Assembly (NCBI GenBank): GCA_002269645.1
Contig: NIVC01001810.1
Span: forward strand, 170,752 to 234,751
Origin: Macrostomum lignano
Taxonomy: Eukaryota
Direction: 5' to 3'
DNA: 64,000 bases
The translations under genes were made by a program, and so were the position numbers. The notes below the pieces were generated by a model. That model had not been told where the DNA came from. It did no database searches and was given only the letters and a program-made list of their open reading frames with translations. This document shows, in pieces, positions 25,501 to 38,605 of this stretch. Numbering within the stretch: position 1 is the first letter of the stretch; the number at the start of each line of letters is the position of its first letter.

Positions 25501-28500
25501 CAGAAACCTCCGCTAACTTCTTGCTTAATTTTGTCGTGAGTGGCCATGATGCAGGGGTTGTGGAAGAAGCTCTCATATATGCTACAGCAGGCTTACGGTA
25601 GTGCGCGCATCTCGGTTTGGCATTCCGAAGACGGTTAAGCAGGGTGACGTGGCGAGCGTCGCGGCTATAAGCGCCAGAAGTGGGGGCCTCCGCAGTCTCC
25701 TAGTGGGTAGGGGGGCTGTGGCACAGGCGGCGATGGTGGGGCTCGAGCAGCGGGGCAGCGCCAGTCTATTTGTCCGCCGCCCAGTGGCTCAGGCCGGAGC
25801 AGTCGCGCTGGAGGTGGAAGTGATGGCCACAGCTGCGGCAGTGCGAGGCCTTGTCGTGTAGAGGGCGACCGCAGTCACTACGTCCGGAAAAGATGGGCGG
25901 AACCGGGTTTTTCTTGCCGGTCCCAAGCAGCAGCTGGGTTGGGAAATACGAGTAGTGGGCCCTGGAACTAGCATCCTCGGTGTAAAAACCGATGAACGCA
26001 CTGCTGAATGTCTCAACTTTCTCACTGGACATGGTGTCCGGATCCGATACTTTTCGAACAAACCTAATGGGTACGGCTGCCCTCCGCGACGACGATGCAG
26101 CGTTGGGTAGGAGCTGCGGAGGGACCATACCAAACATAGAGTTCGGAGGGTTGTGGTTGTTGACTGCGGCGTTGGCTCAAACCTTCCGAACCCAGCAACA
26201 ATCCTCCGCCACTAAGATACAGCACCGGAAGCCGAATACTGAGGGCCAGACTGAACAGGGACGGTGATCGATTCTCAGCGCTCTTCGCCTCCTCATCAAA
26301 AGAGGGATGTTGCCTCCATGCATCGTCAGCACCAAGGGCGCCAGCACCAAGGGCGCCAGCACCAAGGGCGCCAGCACCAAGGGCGCCAGCACCAAGGGCG
26401 CCAGCACCAAGGGCGCCAGCACCAAGGGCGCCAGCACCAAGGGCGCCAGCACCAAGGGCGCCAGCACCAAGGGCGCCAGCACCAAGGGCGCCAGCACCAA
26501 GGGCGCCAGCACCAAGGGCGCCAGCACCAAGGGCGCCAGCACCAAGGGCGCCAGCACCAAGGGCGCCAGCACCAAGGGCGCCAGCACCAAGGGCGCCAGC
26601 ACCAAGGGCGCCAGCACCAAGGGCGCCAGCACCAAGGGCGCCAGCACCAAGGGCGCCAGCACCAAGGGCGCCAGCACCAAGGGCGCCAGCACCAAGGGCG
26701 CCAGCACCAAGGGCGCCAGCACCAAGGGCGCCAGCACCAAGGGCGCCAGCACCAAGGGCGCCAGCACCAAGGGCGCCAGCACCAAGGGCGCCAGCACCAA
26801 GGGCGCCAGCACCAAGGGCGCCAGCACCAAGGGCGCCAGCACCAAGGGCGCCAGCACCAAAGGCGCCAGCACAAAGACGCACCAGCACCAAGGGCGCCAG
26901 CACAAAGACGCACCAGCACCAAGAGTACCAAAGAGACGCAAGCACCAACACAGATGCGGCGCCAAAAAGGGCCGGCTGATTTCTCAACAAGCTGAGGTAA
27001 AATTCCAGAGTGCGTAGCTTCCGCTTTTGTTGCCATCATTGCGGTTTTTATTATCGTTGACATTGATATTTTCCTTATTGCTGCTGTTCGGACTAACTGA
27101 AGGTGAACAGGAACACTAATCCCGCTAACGGGGACGCTAACGAGAACTGAACTGTTGTGCTGTTCAAGTTCAATTAATCTAAGACTCATTTAGTCGAAAA
27201 ACCAGTTAATCAATGACTTCAGATTCTTGCCGTCTAATCTGCTGTATAAACTGCATACGAAGACATTATCTACGAGGGTGCTGCGATACCAGCTATTACT
27301 CTAGCCGCAACGCTAATATTGTCCCTTTAAGCAGGCGGCTCACGCATCATGTTGTCCCTCAGCAGAACTACTCTGCAGACGGCTGTCCTCCATCGCCTCA
27401 CGCAGCCTCTCCTCCTCCCGCAGCTCGGCGATGCAGCCCAGCATCCGCTCCGACCGGCTGTTCTTCTTTGCGTAGTCCGCCACCGACTGTCCCTGCCGGT
27501 CCTGCAAGTCAAAGGCGGCGACGCCCAGCGAGTCCCTGACGAGCCGCAGCGAGTCCTCGCCTTGGTGCTGAGCTGCCAGGTGCGCAGCCGCGATGCCCTC
27601 GGCGTCCCTCAGCTTCAGACAGTCGGCTCCCAGCTGACCGACAATCCACCTTAGCGCAGAGACGCTGTTGGTGTTGATGGCCGCGAAGTGAACTGCTGTT
27701 CGCTGCTTGTCACCTGGCAGCTTGAGACAGTCCGGTCCGAGTGAGCTCACCGCCAGCTGCATCGACTTCTCATCTTGATGCTGAGCGGCACAGTGAACTG
27801 GAGTGTCACCATCTCTGTCTACTTGAGTCAGGCACTGAGAGCTCAGTTCTCTGACACACCAGGCCAGTGTCGCATTGCTGCCTGTATTTTGTGCAGCAAA
27901 ATGAGCTGCAGTTCGGTCAAAGCGATCGCGAAAATGGAAAATTTCGATTCCGAGCAGGCCCTTCATCAAGTCCATTGAGTATTCACCCTGGTAAACTGCC
28001 ACCAAGTGACAGACCGTCAATCTGATGTCATCCTTCTTCATGAGAGCCTCCAAACCGAGCTCATTGATCAGCCACTGGAGCGACGAGTTTGAGACCTTGT
28101 TGCAAGCCGCCCTGTGAACTGCGGTGTGTCCTTTGAATCCACGCTGACGGAAGCAGTCGGAACCGAGCTTCGATTTAATAAACTGCATTGAATCTGAGCT
28201 CTGAAACTCGGCGGCCAGATGAACGACTGTCGAGCCATCGTCATCCTTCTCGGTGAGAGAGTCTGAGCCGAGCTCATCGATAAGCCACTTGAGCGACGAA
28301 TTTGAAACCTCGTTACTAGCAGCATAGTGAACTGCGGTGCGACCAAGCCACCCGCGCTGACGGAAGCAGTCGGAACCGAGCTTCGATTTAATAAACTGCA
28401 TTGAATCTGAGCTCTGAAACTCGGCGGCCAGATGAACGACTGTCGAGCCATCGTCATCCTTCTCGGTGGGAGAGTCTGAGCCGAGCTCATCAATCAGCCA

Positions 28501-29115
28501 CTTGAGCGACGAATTTGAAACCTCGTTACAAGCAGCCCTGTGAACTGCGGTGCGACCAAGCCACCCGCGCTTACGGAAGCAGTCGGAACCGAGCTTCGAT
28601 TTAATAAACTGCATCGAATCTGCGTTTTGAAACTGGGCGGCCAAATGAACTACTGTCGAGCCATCGTCATCCTTCTCCATTAGAGATTCTGACCCGAGCT
28701 CTCTGATCAGCCACTTCAGCGACTTGTTGCTATGCTCATTCATGGCAGCATAGTGAAACACTGAGCGACCAAATCTTCCCTTTTCATAAAAACAGTCGCT
28801 GCCGAGAGTTCTGTGAATGAGCTGCAGAGTCTCCTGGCTCTGCTCCATGGCGGCCCAGTGCACAGGTGTGTAGTTGAACTCGTCTTTACACGTCAAACAT
28901 GCAGCTCCGAACTTGTCGATCAGCACCCTCAGACAGTCAAGTCCGTACGACTTGCTGGCGACGTGGTGAGTCACCGTCATTTCTCTCGTGTGAGGCGGGT
29001 CTTTAAATTCGCCAGCCGACACTGTCAGGTTGGAGTCCAGCTGCCGGCACAGCCTCAGCAGCCGCTCGCAGTCGTCGGCCTCCAACGCAGCTCGCAATTG
29101 ATCCGCAGCGGCCAT
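22496..29115 (-). CDS. Ankyrin-repeat plus MAP3K/STE-like Ser/Thr kinase, paralog B (about 874 aa)
   Basis: Exons 29115-27344 (ANK, phase-2 GC|GTGAGC donor), 23735-23345 and 22957-22496 are in frame. Kinase motifs intact: [32 protein letters not shown]. The 3.6-kb ANK-to-kinase join is inferred from phase and from paralog C. Confidence 0.8.
22985..23371. repeat. 49-bp minisatellite in the kinase B intron, derived from the exon/intron junction
   Basis: About 7.5 copies; unit is 27 nt of exon end plus 22 nt of intron start. Confidence 0.93.
24080..25340 (+). mobile_element. Highly decayed Ty3/gypsy relic inside the ANK-to-kinase intron
   Basis: Gag-like pieces ([47 protein letters not shown]) and an RT/RNase H-connection piece ([21 protein letters not shown]), with many stops and frameshifts. 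Confidence 0.7.
26326..26905. repeat. 15-bp minisatellite GGGCGCCAGCACCAA
   Basis: About 36 perfect copies. Confidence 0.98.
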
Positions 29116-29558
29116 CGGATGGGGAAGACTCGAGCGGCAGTTGAGTTGAACACCGATCTGAAATTCGTCCGAGATTGGGATTTGTATCGAATGTGCCATG
29201 AGATTTTACAATCTAGAAGATTTCTCTATGCATTAGAGTGGCTTTGGAACTGTCGCTAATCAAGGCTGCAGTCGATCAGAGAGACCAGCGAAGAAGCCAG
29301 CAGTCAAGCACATTCCGCTGACCCCTGAGCACGCTTACAGATATGGATTCGACGCTGCCACAAACCCGAAAAGGGTGCACAGTGGCCTTTACTTTTCAAT
29401 GTCAAGTGTTGTGCCGCGCCCTTCCAGTCCCTTAAGTAGTCCGTGTACCCCATCCTTCTGTTGCCCCCTTGTGCTTTTTGTTTTTTTCGTGTTTTCATGC
29501 TGCCCGATAAACCCCGTGCCGGGGTTTGTGAGGCGTAAGCTTCAACCCTGGTCTAGTC

Positions 29559-29753
29559 CAGTGGTTCTCAACCTGTGGGTCGCGGCCCCCAGTGGGGTCG
29601 CGCGACCATTTTCTGGGGGTCGCAGCACTAAGAAATGTATGAGTACGTCATACTTATTGATGCATTATATTGATTATATAAGGGGTCGCGAATATAAAAA
29701 ATGATTTAAGTGAATAAACTAAGGTCGCCTGAAAAAAAGGTTGAGAGCCGCTG
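29559..29753. mobile_element. hAT (Charlie-like) MITE, 195 bp
   Basis: TIRs CAGTGGTTCTCAACC and GGTTGAGAGCCGCTG. Perfect 8-bp TSD GTCTAGTC at 29551-29558 and 29754-29761. Confidence 0.92.
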
Positions 29754-30139
29754 GTCTAGTCTTTTCTGCGCCCAGTCCCCTGTCCAATCTGTGTGCTTGC
29801 CCCGCCCCACCCTGGGCCGCTTGCATTGGCTGGCGGGCTGATAAGCCGCCTGAATCCAGGGTTTGGCTCGCTCCTCTCCTTTCTCTCCCCCTCTGTACGT
29901 TATTCTATTTAAGTGCTCGCCCTGCCCGTTCCGCGCTCCACTGCTTGTCTGCGTTCTGCGCCCATTGTCGGTTACCCTGTTTTTGTGTCGGTCGAATTCA
30001 AATACACGCGTGGTCGAATTGTTGAATTGATAACCAGAGATGAGCTCGCGCTTCTTCCTTCTGGGTTTGCCTCGGGCCGGTGGGATTGAATAGGGACCTA
30101 GGGTCGGCGAACTCTTGCTAGTCCCGGGGTGATTCCAAG

Positions 30140-30508
30140 GCGAAGAACCACCCACGACGGCTTCAAGAATCGACCACAACGGCTTCAAGAACCACCCACA
30201 ACGGCTTCAAGAACCACCCACGACGGCTTCAAGAACCACCCACGACGGCTTCAAGAACCGACCACAACGGCTTCTCGAACCGACCACAGCGGCTTCAATA
30301 ACCGACCACAACGGCTTCACGAACCGACCACAACGGCTTTAAGACCCGACCACAACGGCTTCAAGAACCACCCACGACGGCTTCACGAACCGACCACAAC
30401 GGCTTCTCGAACCGACCACAACCACTTCAAGAACCACCACAACGGCTTCACGAACCGACCACAACGGCTTCAAGAACCGACCACAACGGCTTCACGAACC
30501 GACCACAA
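30140..30508. repeat. Degenerate 22-bp repeat CGACCACAACGGCTTCAAGAAC
   Basis: About 16 imperfect copies just left of the gypsy 5' LTR. Confidence 0.85.
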
Positions 30509-30527
30509 GCCCTTGAGCAATCAACCC

Positions 30528-33500
30528 TGTGGCAGCCAGTCGCTTTAGTTTCTTATTCATGCATAAATTATTGTCTATGGACAAACTCAAATATACTTGT
30601 AAAGGGTGTGTGGCTGCGCCCACAGTCTCGCCAAGCGCGAATACTCCTAATACATTCAAACACGCAACATGGTGTCAGAGGTAAAAGACTCCAATTAGAT
30701 AATTGCTTTGTGCGTCGTTTTTGGTGGCAACTACAGCGGCATGTCCGACGCAGCTGGACTGCGACCTCCAGGGCCCATGGTATTCGATGAGGCCAAGTCA
30801 GAACGCTGGAGAAAATGGATCGGCGCATTCAATTTATACATGACCGCCACAAAGCGCGACAAGGAGGCTGACAGCATGAAGAATGCGATTCTGCTGACCG
30901 CCATCGGTGAAGAAGGCAGGGACATATTCGAGACATTCGAACTCTCTACTGACTCTGCTCACAAAGACATCATCGACAAATTCGAGAAATTCTGCATTCC
31001 TCTGGACAGCGAAACATTTGATCGCTACAAGTTTAGAATGCGTAAGCAGGAGCAGTATGAAGATTTTGATCACTTCATAAATGAGCTACGATTGTTAATA
31101 AAGCGATGCAGTTTTTCAAAGCCTAAAAATGGGCAATGCATTGACGATGCCATGCTTCGAGATCAGATAGTATATGGGGTTCATAATTCAGCACTCCGTG
31201 AACGGCTCCTTGAGGAAGAGAAGCTGACACTGGAAAAGGCTATTGTTCTGTGCCGTGCCACCGAAGCTTCAAAGATGCAAGCCAGGCAGATGACAGGTAT
31301 AAAGAGTGAAAACAGAAACTCTGTCAGTCGAATTGTAAAAGACCCTGATCACAAGTTGCAGCAATCAACCAGAGCCAAGTCCAAGTCTATCACACGAAAG
31401 GCTCCTACAGGACAACAGGCATGCAGATACTGCGGCAAGAACCACAAATTTGGTCACACCAACTGCAGTGCCTATGGCAAGACCTGCTTGAACTGTGGAC
31501 AAAAGAACCATTTTAAGGCCATGTGCCGGAAAGAGAAAGCAAAACAATCAAAACAGATTCGTACAGTTGAAGATGAGCTTACTGACGTGACTGAAACATC
31601 GAATTCTTACCAAGCTGCTGCATGGGATGTAAGTAAATATTCTATGAATTATTATAATGGAAATGAAGTGAAAGCCGTTTCAAGAACAGTTGTGCCGCTA
31701 GACACTGAGTTTGGACACATCGTCAACTACAAAATTGATACCGGCGCTGATGTGAATATTATGTCCGAGAAACGTTTAAGAACAATCACAGACAACCCAT
31801 TAGAAAAAGACCACACCAGACTATCAGTGTATAACAATCAGACGCTTAATGTGAAGGCAAGATTAAATTGCGACTCTCGCACAAAGACGCCGTGCATATA
31901 GTAGAATTCACCATCATTGAGGACGACAATACACCTCTATTAGCGACCGACACAGCTGAGAAATTAGGCCTGATTCAAATCCTCAACGTAACAAAGACTA
32001 CAGATAAAGAAGTGCTGACGGAATCAAAGATCTTTAGGGAATACAGCGATGTGTTCGAAGGAATTGGATGTCTGCCTGGAGCGCATCACATTTCATTGAG
32101 AGAAGGTGCAATACCGAAAGTCCAAGGCCCAAGGAAAGTCCCATTTGCGGCTATGAAGGCCCTGCGTGAAGAGCTTGACCGTTTGCAGAGCCAAGGAATA
32201 ATAACGAAATGCGACCAGCCGGCAGATTGGGTGTCCAATGTTGTTATCGTCTGGAAGAAGGATAACTGGATTAGACTGTGCTTGGATCCAAAGAATCTAA
32301 ATGATGATATTGTCAGAAATCGATACCCCATTCCAACTTATGACGAGATGATTAGCGAGATGACAGGAGCAAAATACTTCTCAACATTTGATGCTAAGTC
32401 TGGCTTCCATCAAGTTCAGTTGGATCAAGAAAGTTCACTTCTTACTACATTTCACACTCCGTTTGGTGTTTACAAATGGAATCGACTAGCTTTTGGTCTA
32501 AAGGATGCACCTGAAGCTTACCAAAGGCGCATCAAAGAAGAAGTGACAAGTCAAGTAGAAAAATCTGCTAACTACATCGATGACGTCATAGTATGGGGAA
32601 AGACTCGGGAAGAGCACGACCAAGCAGTTTGAAATCTTTTTGGAGCAATGCAGGAAAAAGAACCTGACTCTGAACAGGCAAAAGACGAGCATTGGCAAAA
32701 CCGAGCTTCGATTTCTTGGACACATACTAACTGACAAAGGTGTGAAAGTAGATCCACAAAAAGTAAACAGCATCAAAGAAATGCCGCACCCAAACAGTTT
32801 TGAACAGCGTGCTGAAAAGCAAGCGCAGCTCCAACGGTTTATTGGTAGTGCAAATTACTTGTCAAGATTCATAGCAAACTTTTCTGCACTGACAAGTCCT
32901 TTGAGGGACTTCATGAAGAAAGAATCCGAATGGGTGTGGACCAATGACCAAGAAAAGGCGTATCAAGGAATCAAGCAGTGCCTCTGCGAAGCACCTGTGC
33001 TTGCGCCATTTGACCCGAATAAAGACCTAATTTTATCTGTCGACGCCAGCAAAGATGGCTTGGGAGCAGCACTATTGCAGGAAGGACATGTCATTGAGTA
33101 TTCATCATCAGCTCTAACATCCGCTCAAAAGAAATATGCCCAGATAGAGAAGGAAATGCTTGCGATAGTATTTGGCTGTCGAAGGTTCAGACAGTATCTC
33201 TGGGGACGTAGAGTCTCCGTCGAGTCTGACCACAAACCGCTGCAGTATATTATGAAGAAGCCAATGGATGAACTATCGGCTAGAATTCAACGTCTGATAC
33301 TCAAGATCCAAGAATTTGACTTAGACATGCAATACAAACCGGGAAGATATCTTTATTTGGCTGATACATTAAGCCGTGCTTTCTTGCAATCTGTGCATTC
33401 GGCGAATGACATAGACTCTGAGCTTGAGAATCAAATCTTGGGTATCCAAAAGGTTTGTCTATCGGAAGACCTACTTAAGAAGATCCAGGAACACACATAT

Positions 33501-35035
33501 GCAGATTCAACTTGCCATGCGGTCAAGAATCGCATTCGCGAAGGTTGGCCGGAACTCAGAAACCAATTGCCAGAACAACTAAAGCCTTTCTGGAATGTTC
33601 GTCACGATTTAGCCGAGCACGACAGATTAATTATGAAAACCAGCAAGATATTTATACCACTGACCATGCGCCACGAATTCTTGAACATCATTCATGAAGG
33701 ACATCAAGGCATTGAAAAAACACTGCTAAAAGCAAGAGGATCGGTATACTGGCCTCAGATGCGTCGGGACATCCAGAACTACATAGCAGCATGCGATGCC
33801 TGCCAAAGCAGCCAATCCCGACCACAGAAAGAAACAATCATTCAAAGTCCGCATCCTGATTATCCATTTCAAGAGTGCGCGACTGACCTGTTCGATTTTA
33901 AAGGTCGAAAATTCATAGTTTTAGTGGACAGATACAGCCGAGGGATCTGTGCAGATCCATTAAGATCAAATACAGCTGAGTTTGTTATCCTGCGATTAAA
34001 GAAATATTTCTCCACATTCGGAACACCTGAGAAGTTGCGATGCGACAACGGACCGCCATTCTCGTCCAACGCATTCCAATTATATGCTAAATCAAGCGGG
34101 ATAGCGCTTGTAACATCATCACCAAGATATCCACAGTCCAATGGATTAGCGGAGCGAGCTGTGCAAACAGTGAAATGCTTCTTGAAAAAGAATGAAGACT
34201 TTGAAAAAGCAATGCTTCACTACCGTAATACTCCGATTGAGCGTGGGTTACCGACCCCAGCAGAGCTACTGATGGGAAGGAAATTGAGGTACGAACTACC
34301 TGTACCAGTAATGGAATTGATACCAAAACGAACATGGACGAAGAATGATTTGGAAACACTGAACGCCATGCGAAGGAAGGACGCGATTCGCTACAACAGT
34401 ACAGCTAGGGATTTGAAGCCACTGGAGACTGGAGAGCAAGTCTGGTTGTACGAGGACAAGAGATAGTGGATTCCAGCAGAAATTCAATCGCGGGATCATA
34501 TGGATCCAGAACGATCGTACCAAGTGCAAACTGCTGATGGTAAATGCTACAGAAGGAACCGACGATTTTTAGCACCCAGAGTTGCGAACTCCAGACTGTC
34601 TGCAATACCGAAACATCTAGCGCTACAGCGACAGTAGATATCTCAGAGAGTCATCTGAAAGATTCAACTGCATCATCCGGAATTCAGCCAACTCATGAGC
34701 ATCCAACAACAAGTAATCCTGCTGAAGATGCTAACCGACAAACGACCAATGCTGACACAAATGCGACATATGTGACACGATCTGGTCGTACTGTCAAACA
34801 GACGAGATTCTATCAAGCTGTTTAATGATGAATTTTTTTGTTTATGAACAAACTATGCAATTAACGAACAATGTTCTTTTGAAAAAAGGGGGATGTGGCA
34901 TTCAGCCGCTTTAGTTTCTTATTCATGCATAAATTATTGTCTATGGACAAACTCAAATATACTTGTAAAGGGTGTGTGGCTGCGCCCACAGTCTCGCCAA
35001 GCGCGAATACTCCTAATACATTCAAACACGCAACA
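30528..35035 (+). mobile_element. Near-complete Ty3/gypsy LTR retrotransposon, 4.5 kb
   Basis: 142-bp LTRs (TG...CA) at 30528-30669 and 34894-35035. PBS TGGTGTCAGA (tRNA-Leu-like) at 30670, PPT GAAAAAAGGGGGA, imperfect TSD AACCC/AGCCC. Gag from ATG 30741, protease DTGAD, RT YIDD, RNase H DASKDGLGA, integrase HHCC and DDE (DLF, CDNG, AER). Frameshifts near 31857 and 32630 and a TAG at 34464. Confidence 0.97.
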
Positions 35036-37699
35036 AGCCCCAATCCTCTGAATAATTTCCCGAACCACTCAGGGAATCCACAAAGCAACTTCGACCATCG
35101 CCCGGCCTAAGAACTTGGTGAGACATTGCAGCCCAAAGACTAAACCCAGCCCAGATATTGTCCTTTCTCTTGAGGTCCCTTTGCACACCAGACGCGTAAT
35201 TCGAATTGACTGAGTTCGTGGTGGTGTGAATGAATCATAATGTGAATGAGTTCTGTTCAATGAGTATTTTAGCATGCACAGCGGCAACGATATAGCTCGA
35301 TGGTAAATTACTAAAAATGGGTGTCTCAAACGTGTAGGGGCAAGGGGTTCGCAGGGGAACCCGGGGCAAGATCAGGCCAGAGTACCATTTGGCGAGACAT
35401 TTGGAGAGGCATTGGCGCATGTCAGTTCAGATCAAGAGCCACTCAAGCATATACACTTAGCAAAACGGCTTTCTACTTCCAGTTCAGTAGCAAAGAAGAA
35501 TATAAGCTATTTATAAAAACAAGTCAGCTGAAATGACTTTGATAAGTTTCAAAGCCCAAGCTTGCATGCATAAACAACTTGCTGATTGGTTCATCAATAA
35601 TGTACATTAGCCCCACTAAAATTTTCATGGGGCAGCTTTAGGCTGGAATTGCGAGGGGCAATAAAAATCGGGGCGGGGCGGGGGTAGTGTGCAAGGCGCG
35701 GTTGGAGGGTTTAAGCTAGGGGGTAAAAGCCAATAAATGAGCATTGCCTTTAAAAATAAATTAAAATGCTTCAGTTTAACTTACTACTGAACTGAAAGTA
35801 GCTTGAACGCAAATGTACTGAGTGGCCATGTCAGATTTTATGAACATAAATTGACAATAATTATCCCTTTTTCTACTTTCTCTATGTAATTTTGCGTTCG
35901 GTCGCTCCCAATCGGGCCGTTTTAGCTGTGCCTATTTTGTGCGTACGTATATTCATATAATAGTTCCACGATCGATAATTTAGGCCAAGAGGTCCATTTT
36001 ATTACCTTTAAATATAACCTGGTCTCTCTCTTCCTACTTTTTACGACCGTTTAAAACTTTCACTGCCCGCCTGTTGCTAAATATAGCTTCCTAAGTGTTA
36101 GTCATTCCGTCTTGGTTATTTGTCCCACTAGCAATTGGACAGGCCCATCTAGTTATTCTAGTATCTGTGGTTTAGATTAAGCTGATGTACGTTAGTTCAG
36201 GTTAAGCTGATGCACGTTCTTTCAGGTTAAACGACCTTACGCTCAGCTCAGGAAGCGATAAGAAGACGACGTACGAGGCTGCACCTGAGCCCCGAGCACA
36301 ATGACAGTTATGATGGCGAAAGCGACTCAGAACCTGAGTTACATTATTTACGAATGCACATCGCACGTAATAAAACCGCTTTTTGAAATCGCGATTTTTA
36401 AAAAGTTTTACTTTACAAATTTTACTTACACTGAATCCAGAAATATGAGTTCCTGTGCACTGGAGGTGCAGTCAGTAGACTGAATTCTTGTTCGCAAGTA
36501 GTGGCTTAGCCTCAAGTTGCTTACTTATGATTAATAACAGCTACTCATTCTGCCCCTCTGCAATGCCCCTCAGCAAATAGCAGCACTCGGATTATCCAAA
36601 ACCCCTTTCTAACCCGAACCCGTAGTCAGAGTGGCCACAGGACTGACTGCGCCTGCCCAGTAAAACCACCTGCTTCCTAGACTTGAGCTCAAATGAACAA
36701 TGGCCTTGCGAGCTGTTTCAACAGTCTTCCCAATTCTTTCTTTGGCGCGTGCAATACAAAAGGCAGAGAGCTCTGAAGATTTAGAAGTCTCTGTACAAAG
36801 GGCAAATGAGCAAAAATTTCAAACCCCAGCTTCTAACTAATTTTGGACTCACGAAATCCGCTAGTGGGTCTCATCTCTTCCAATTATTGAATCATAAATT
36901 GCCTCACCTGCTTTTCTCATCGGGGAAACTTTTTTACAATGCCTTGAAACTATTGAGCCTAAGATCGCACTGATACAGAGTATTTTAAGGCCATTGTTGC
37001 TAACACAGCCTATATGTGTAGAGATGAGCGCAATTACACCAGACACAATATTTGCATTAAAACCCCGAGGATGCGGGTGGCCTGCTCTGCAGGCCATAGC
37101 TCTTAGTCCATGGCTTGCGAATCATTTCGATGCTGTTTCGAAAAATAAGTCTACATAACCGTAGCTTGCGGCTATGACAATTTTTTATGCAGAAAAAATT
37201 TGTAGATCTCAGTCAACGTTTTTTTTTTCTATCTGATGTAGTATTTTTTAATAAGGAACAGTAAAAATCAATAAGAATAAATCGCTATAACGTATAAACA
37301 ATGTTTAACAGCTAAAACAGCAACAATAAAATAACCTGTTTACATGTATAACCATGCAGATGGCATATTGGGCACAACTTCGGTTTCCCGCTCTAAATTA
37401 TTTTCTGGCATTGGTTGCTAGAATAACTCGAGATGAAAGACAAACTATATGCTGCGCTATTGAAACGATGAAAAACGAAAAGGGGCCTCTTGAGCGAGAT
37501 GCTCTGGGTCGATATATTTAATGAGCTGAGTGAAAGCGTACAATACACGTGAGCGTAATGTGGGGTGGGGCGATCAGTGAAGAATGAAAGTGGTGCGATC
37601 AATAATTAGGGACTGTTAAGTATGAGCAAAATAAATATGTTAGCCTAATTGAACATGTAGCTATTGCAAACGAAAAGTTTAAGAAATACCACGAGACAG

Positions 37700-38380
37700 T
37701 GGCAGCTCCAGAACAGGCATTATTACTGTACTGTTTTAAAACCTGCGTTACTTATTTTTTCCGGCATTTCCAGATTAGGAATTCAGAAACCTGCTTCATT
37801 TCCCTGCTTTGGACTATTACCTTGTGTCACTCGTTGACTTTTTACCCCTGTGACCAGTTCGTTTCGCACGATTCGTTGAACAGGGTGAAGTTGAGCCACG
37901 CCTTGCGTGTCGAGAAAGTAAACTTTCTTTAGGCCGGAGCTCTTCCTGTCAACTATTTTCAACGCTAGCACGTTTCCTTTGCGCATAAACGTAACCGGAT
38001 CTAGCTTCGCAAAGACAATACAGTTTAATGCCATATCGCGCTTTCTTAAATGGAATATATTGACGAAATGTGACACGACCTCTGAACAGGACTAGCTCTT
38101 CGTCGACACTAATTTCTTTTTCTGGCATGTACACACTGCGACAAATCTCAGCAACACGCGTAATAAATTGTCTTGCCTTTGCTAGCGGGTCGTTTCCATC
38201 GAAGTTGTTGCAGTAATAGAAACGCAATTGGCTACTGATCTGTTGGTACCTGTCCCTTGTCAGACAAGCGAGTTGTTGGAAGAAAGGTGTTGCGTAGAAA
38301 TCATCTCTGCTACAATGGTTGGCAATCTCGGGCTTTTTAACTATTCCCATGTAAAGCGACATGGCGACAAACTTTTTCAT
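37700..38380 (-). mobile_element. piggyBac (PGBD4-like) transposase fragment
   Basis: MGIVKKPEI, TRDRYQQI, EISVDEELVLFRGR, QYIPFKKARYGIKLYCLCEARSGY, followed by an internal deletion and a decayed C-terminal region. No TIRs identified. Confidence 0.85.
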
Positions 38381-38534
38381 GGCCTAGTATGGGCGCGACC
38401 TGGGTTCGATTTCGCTAGTTGAGATGTGGGTGAGAGAGGGGGAGAGGCTAGGTGGGGGCAGGGCGTGAGGTATAGGGTGCCTGCGGGGTACGTATCGTTG
38501 ACTACATATCGGTGTACACACATATCGGGAGGGG

Positions 38535-38605
38535 GGCCGTAGCCCAGCGGTAGCGCAGCTGCTCTGGTGTGCCAGCGACCCAGGCTCGATTCCAAGTGCA
38601 GTCAC
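38535..38605 (+). ncRNA. tRNA-like sequence (SINE head or tRNA pseudogene)
   Basis: A-box TAGCCCAGCGG at 38540-38550 and B-box-like GGCTCGATTCC at 38583-38593 with tRNA spacing. The cloverleaf is imperfect. Confidence 0.45.

Noticed and set aside
26064-27189. GALGA, STKGA and QHQGR repeat ORFs
   Set aside because: Artefacts of the 15-bp satellite, which is open in all six frames.
36846-36862. 17-nt exact match to 52320-52336 in the PLA2X gene
   Set aside because: A single 17-mer match is about what chance predicts in 64 kb, and the flanks do not align.
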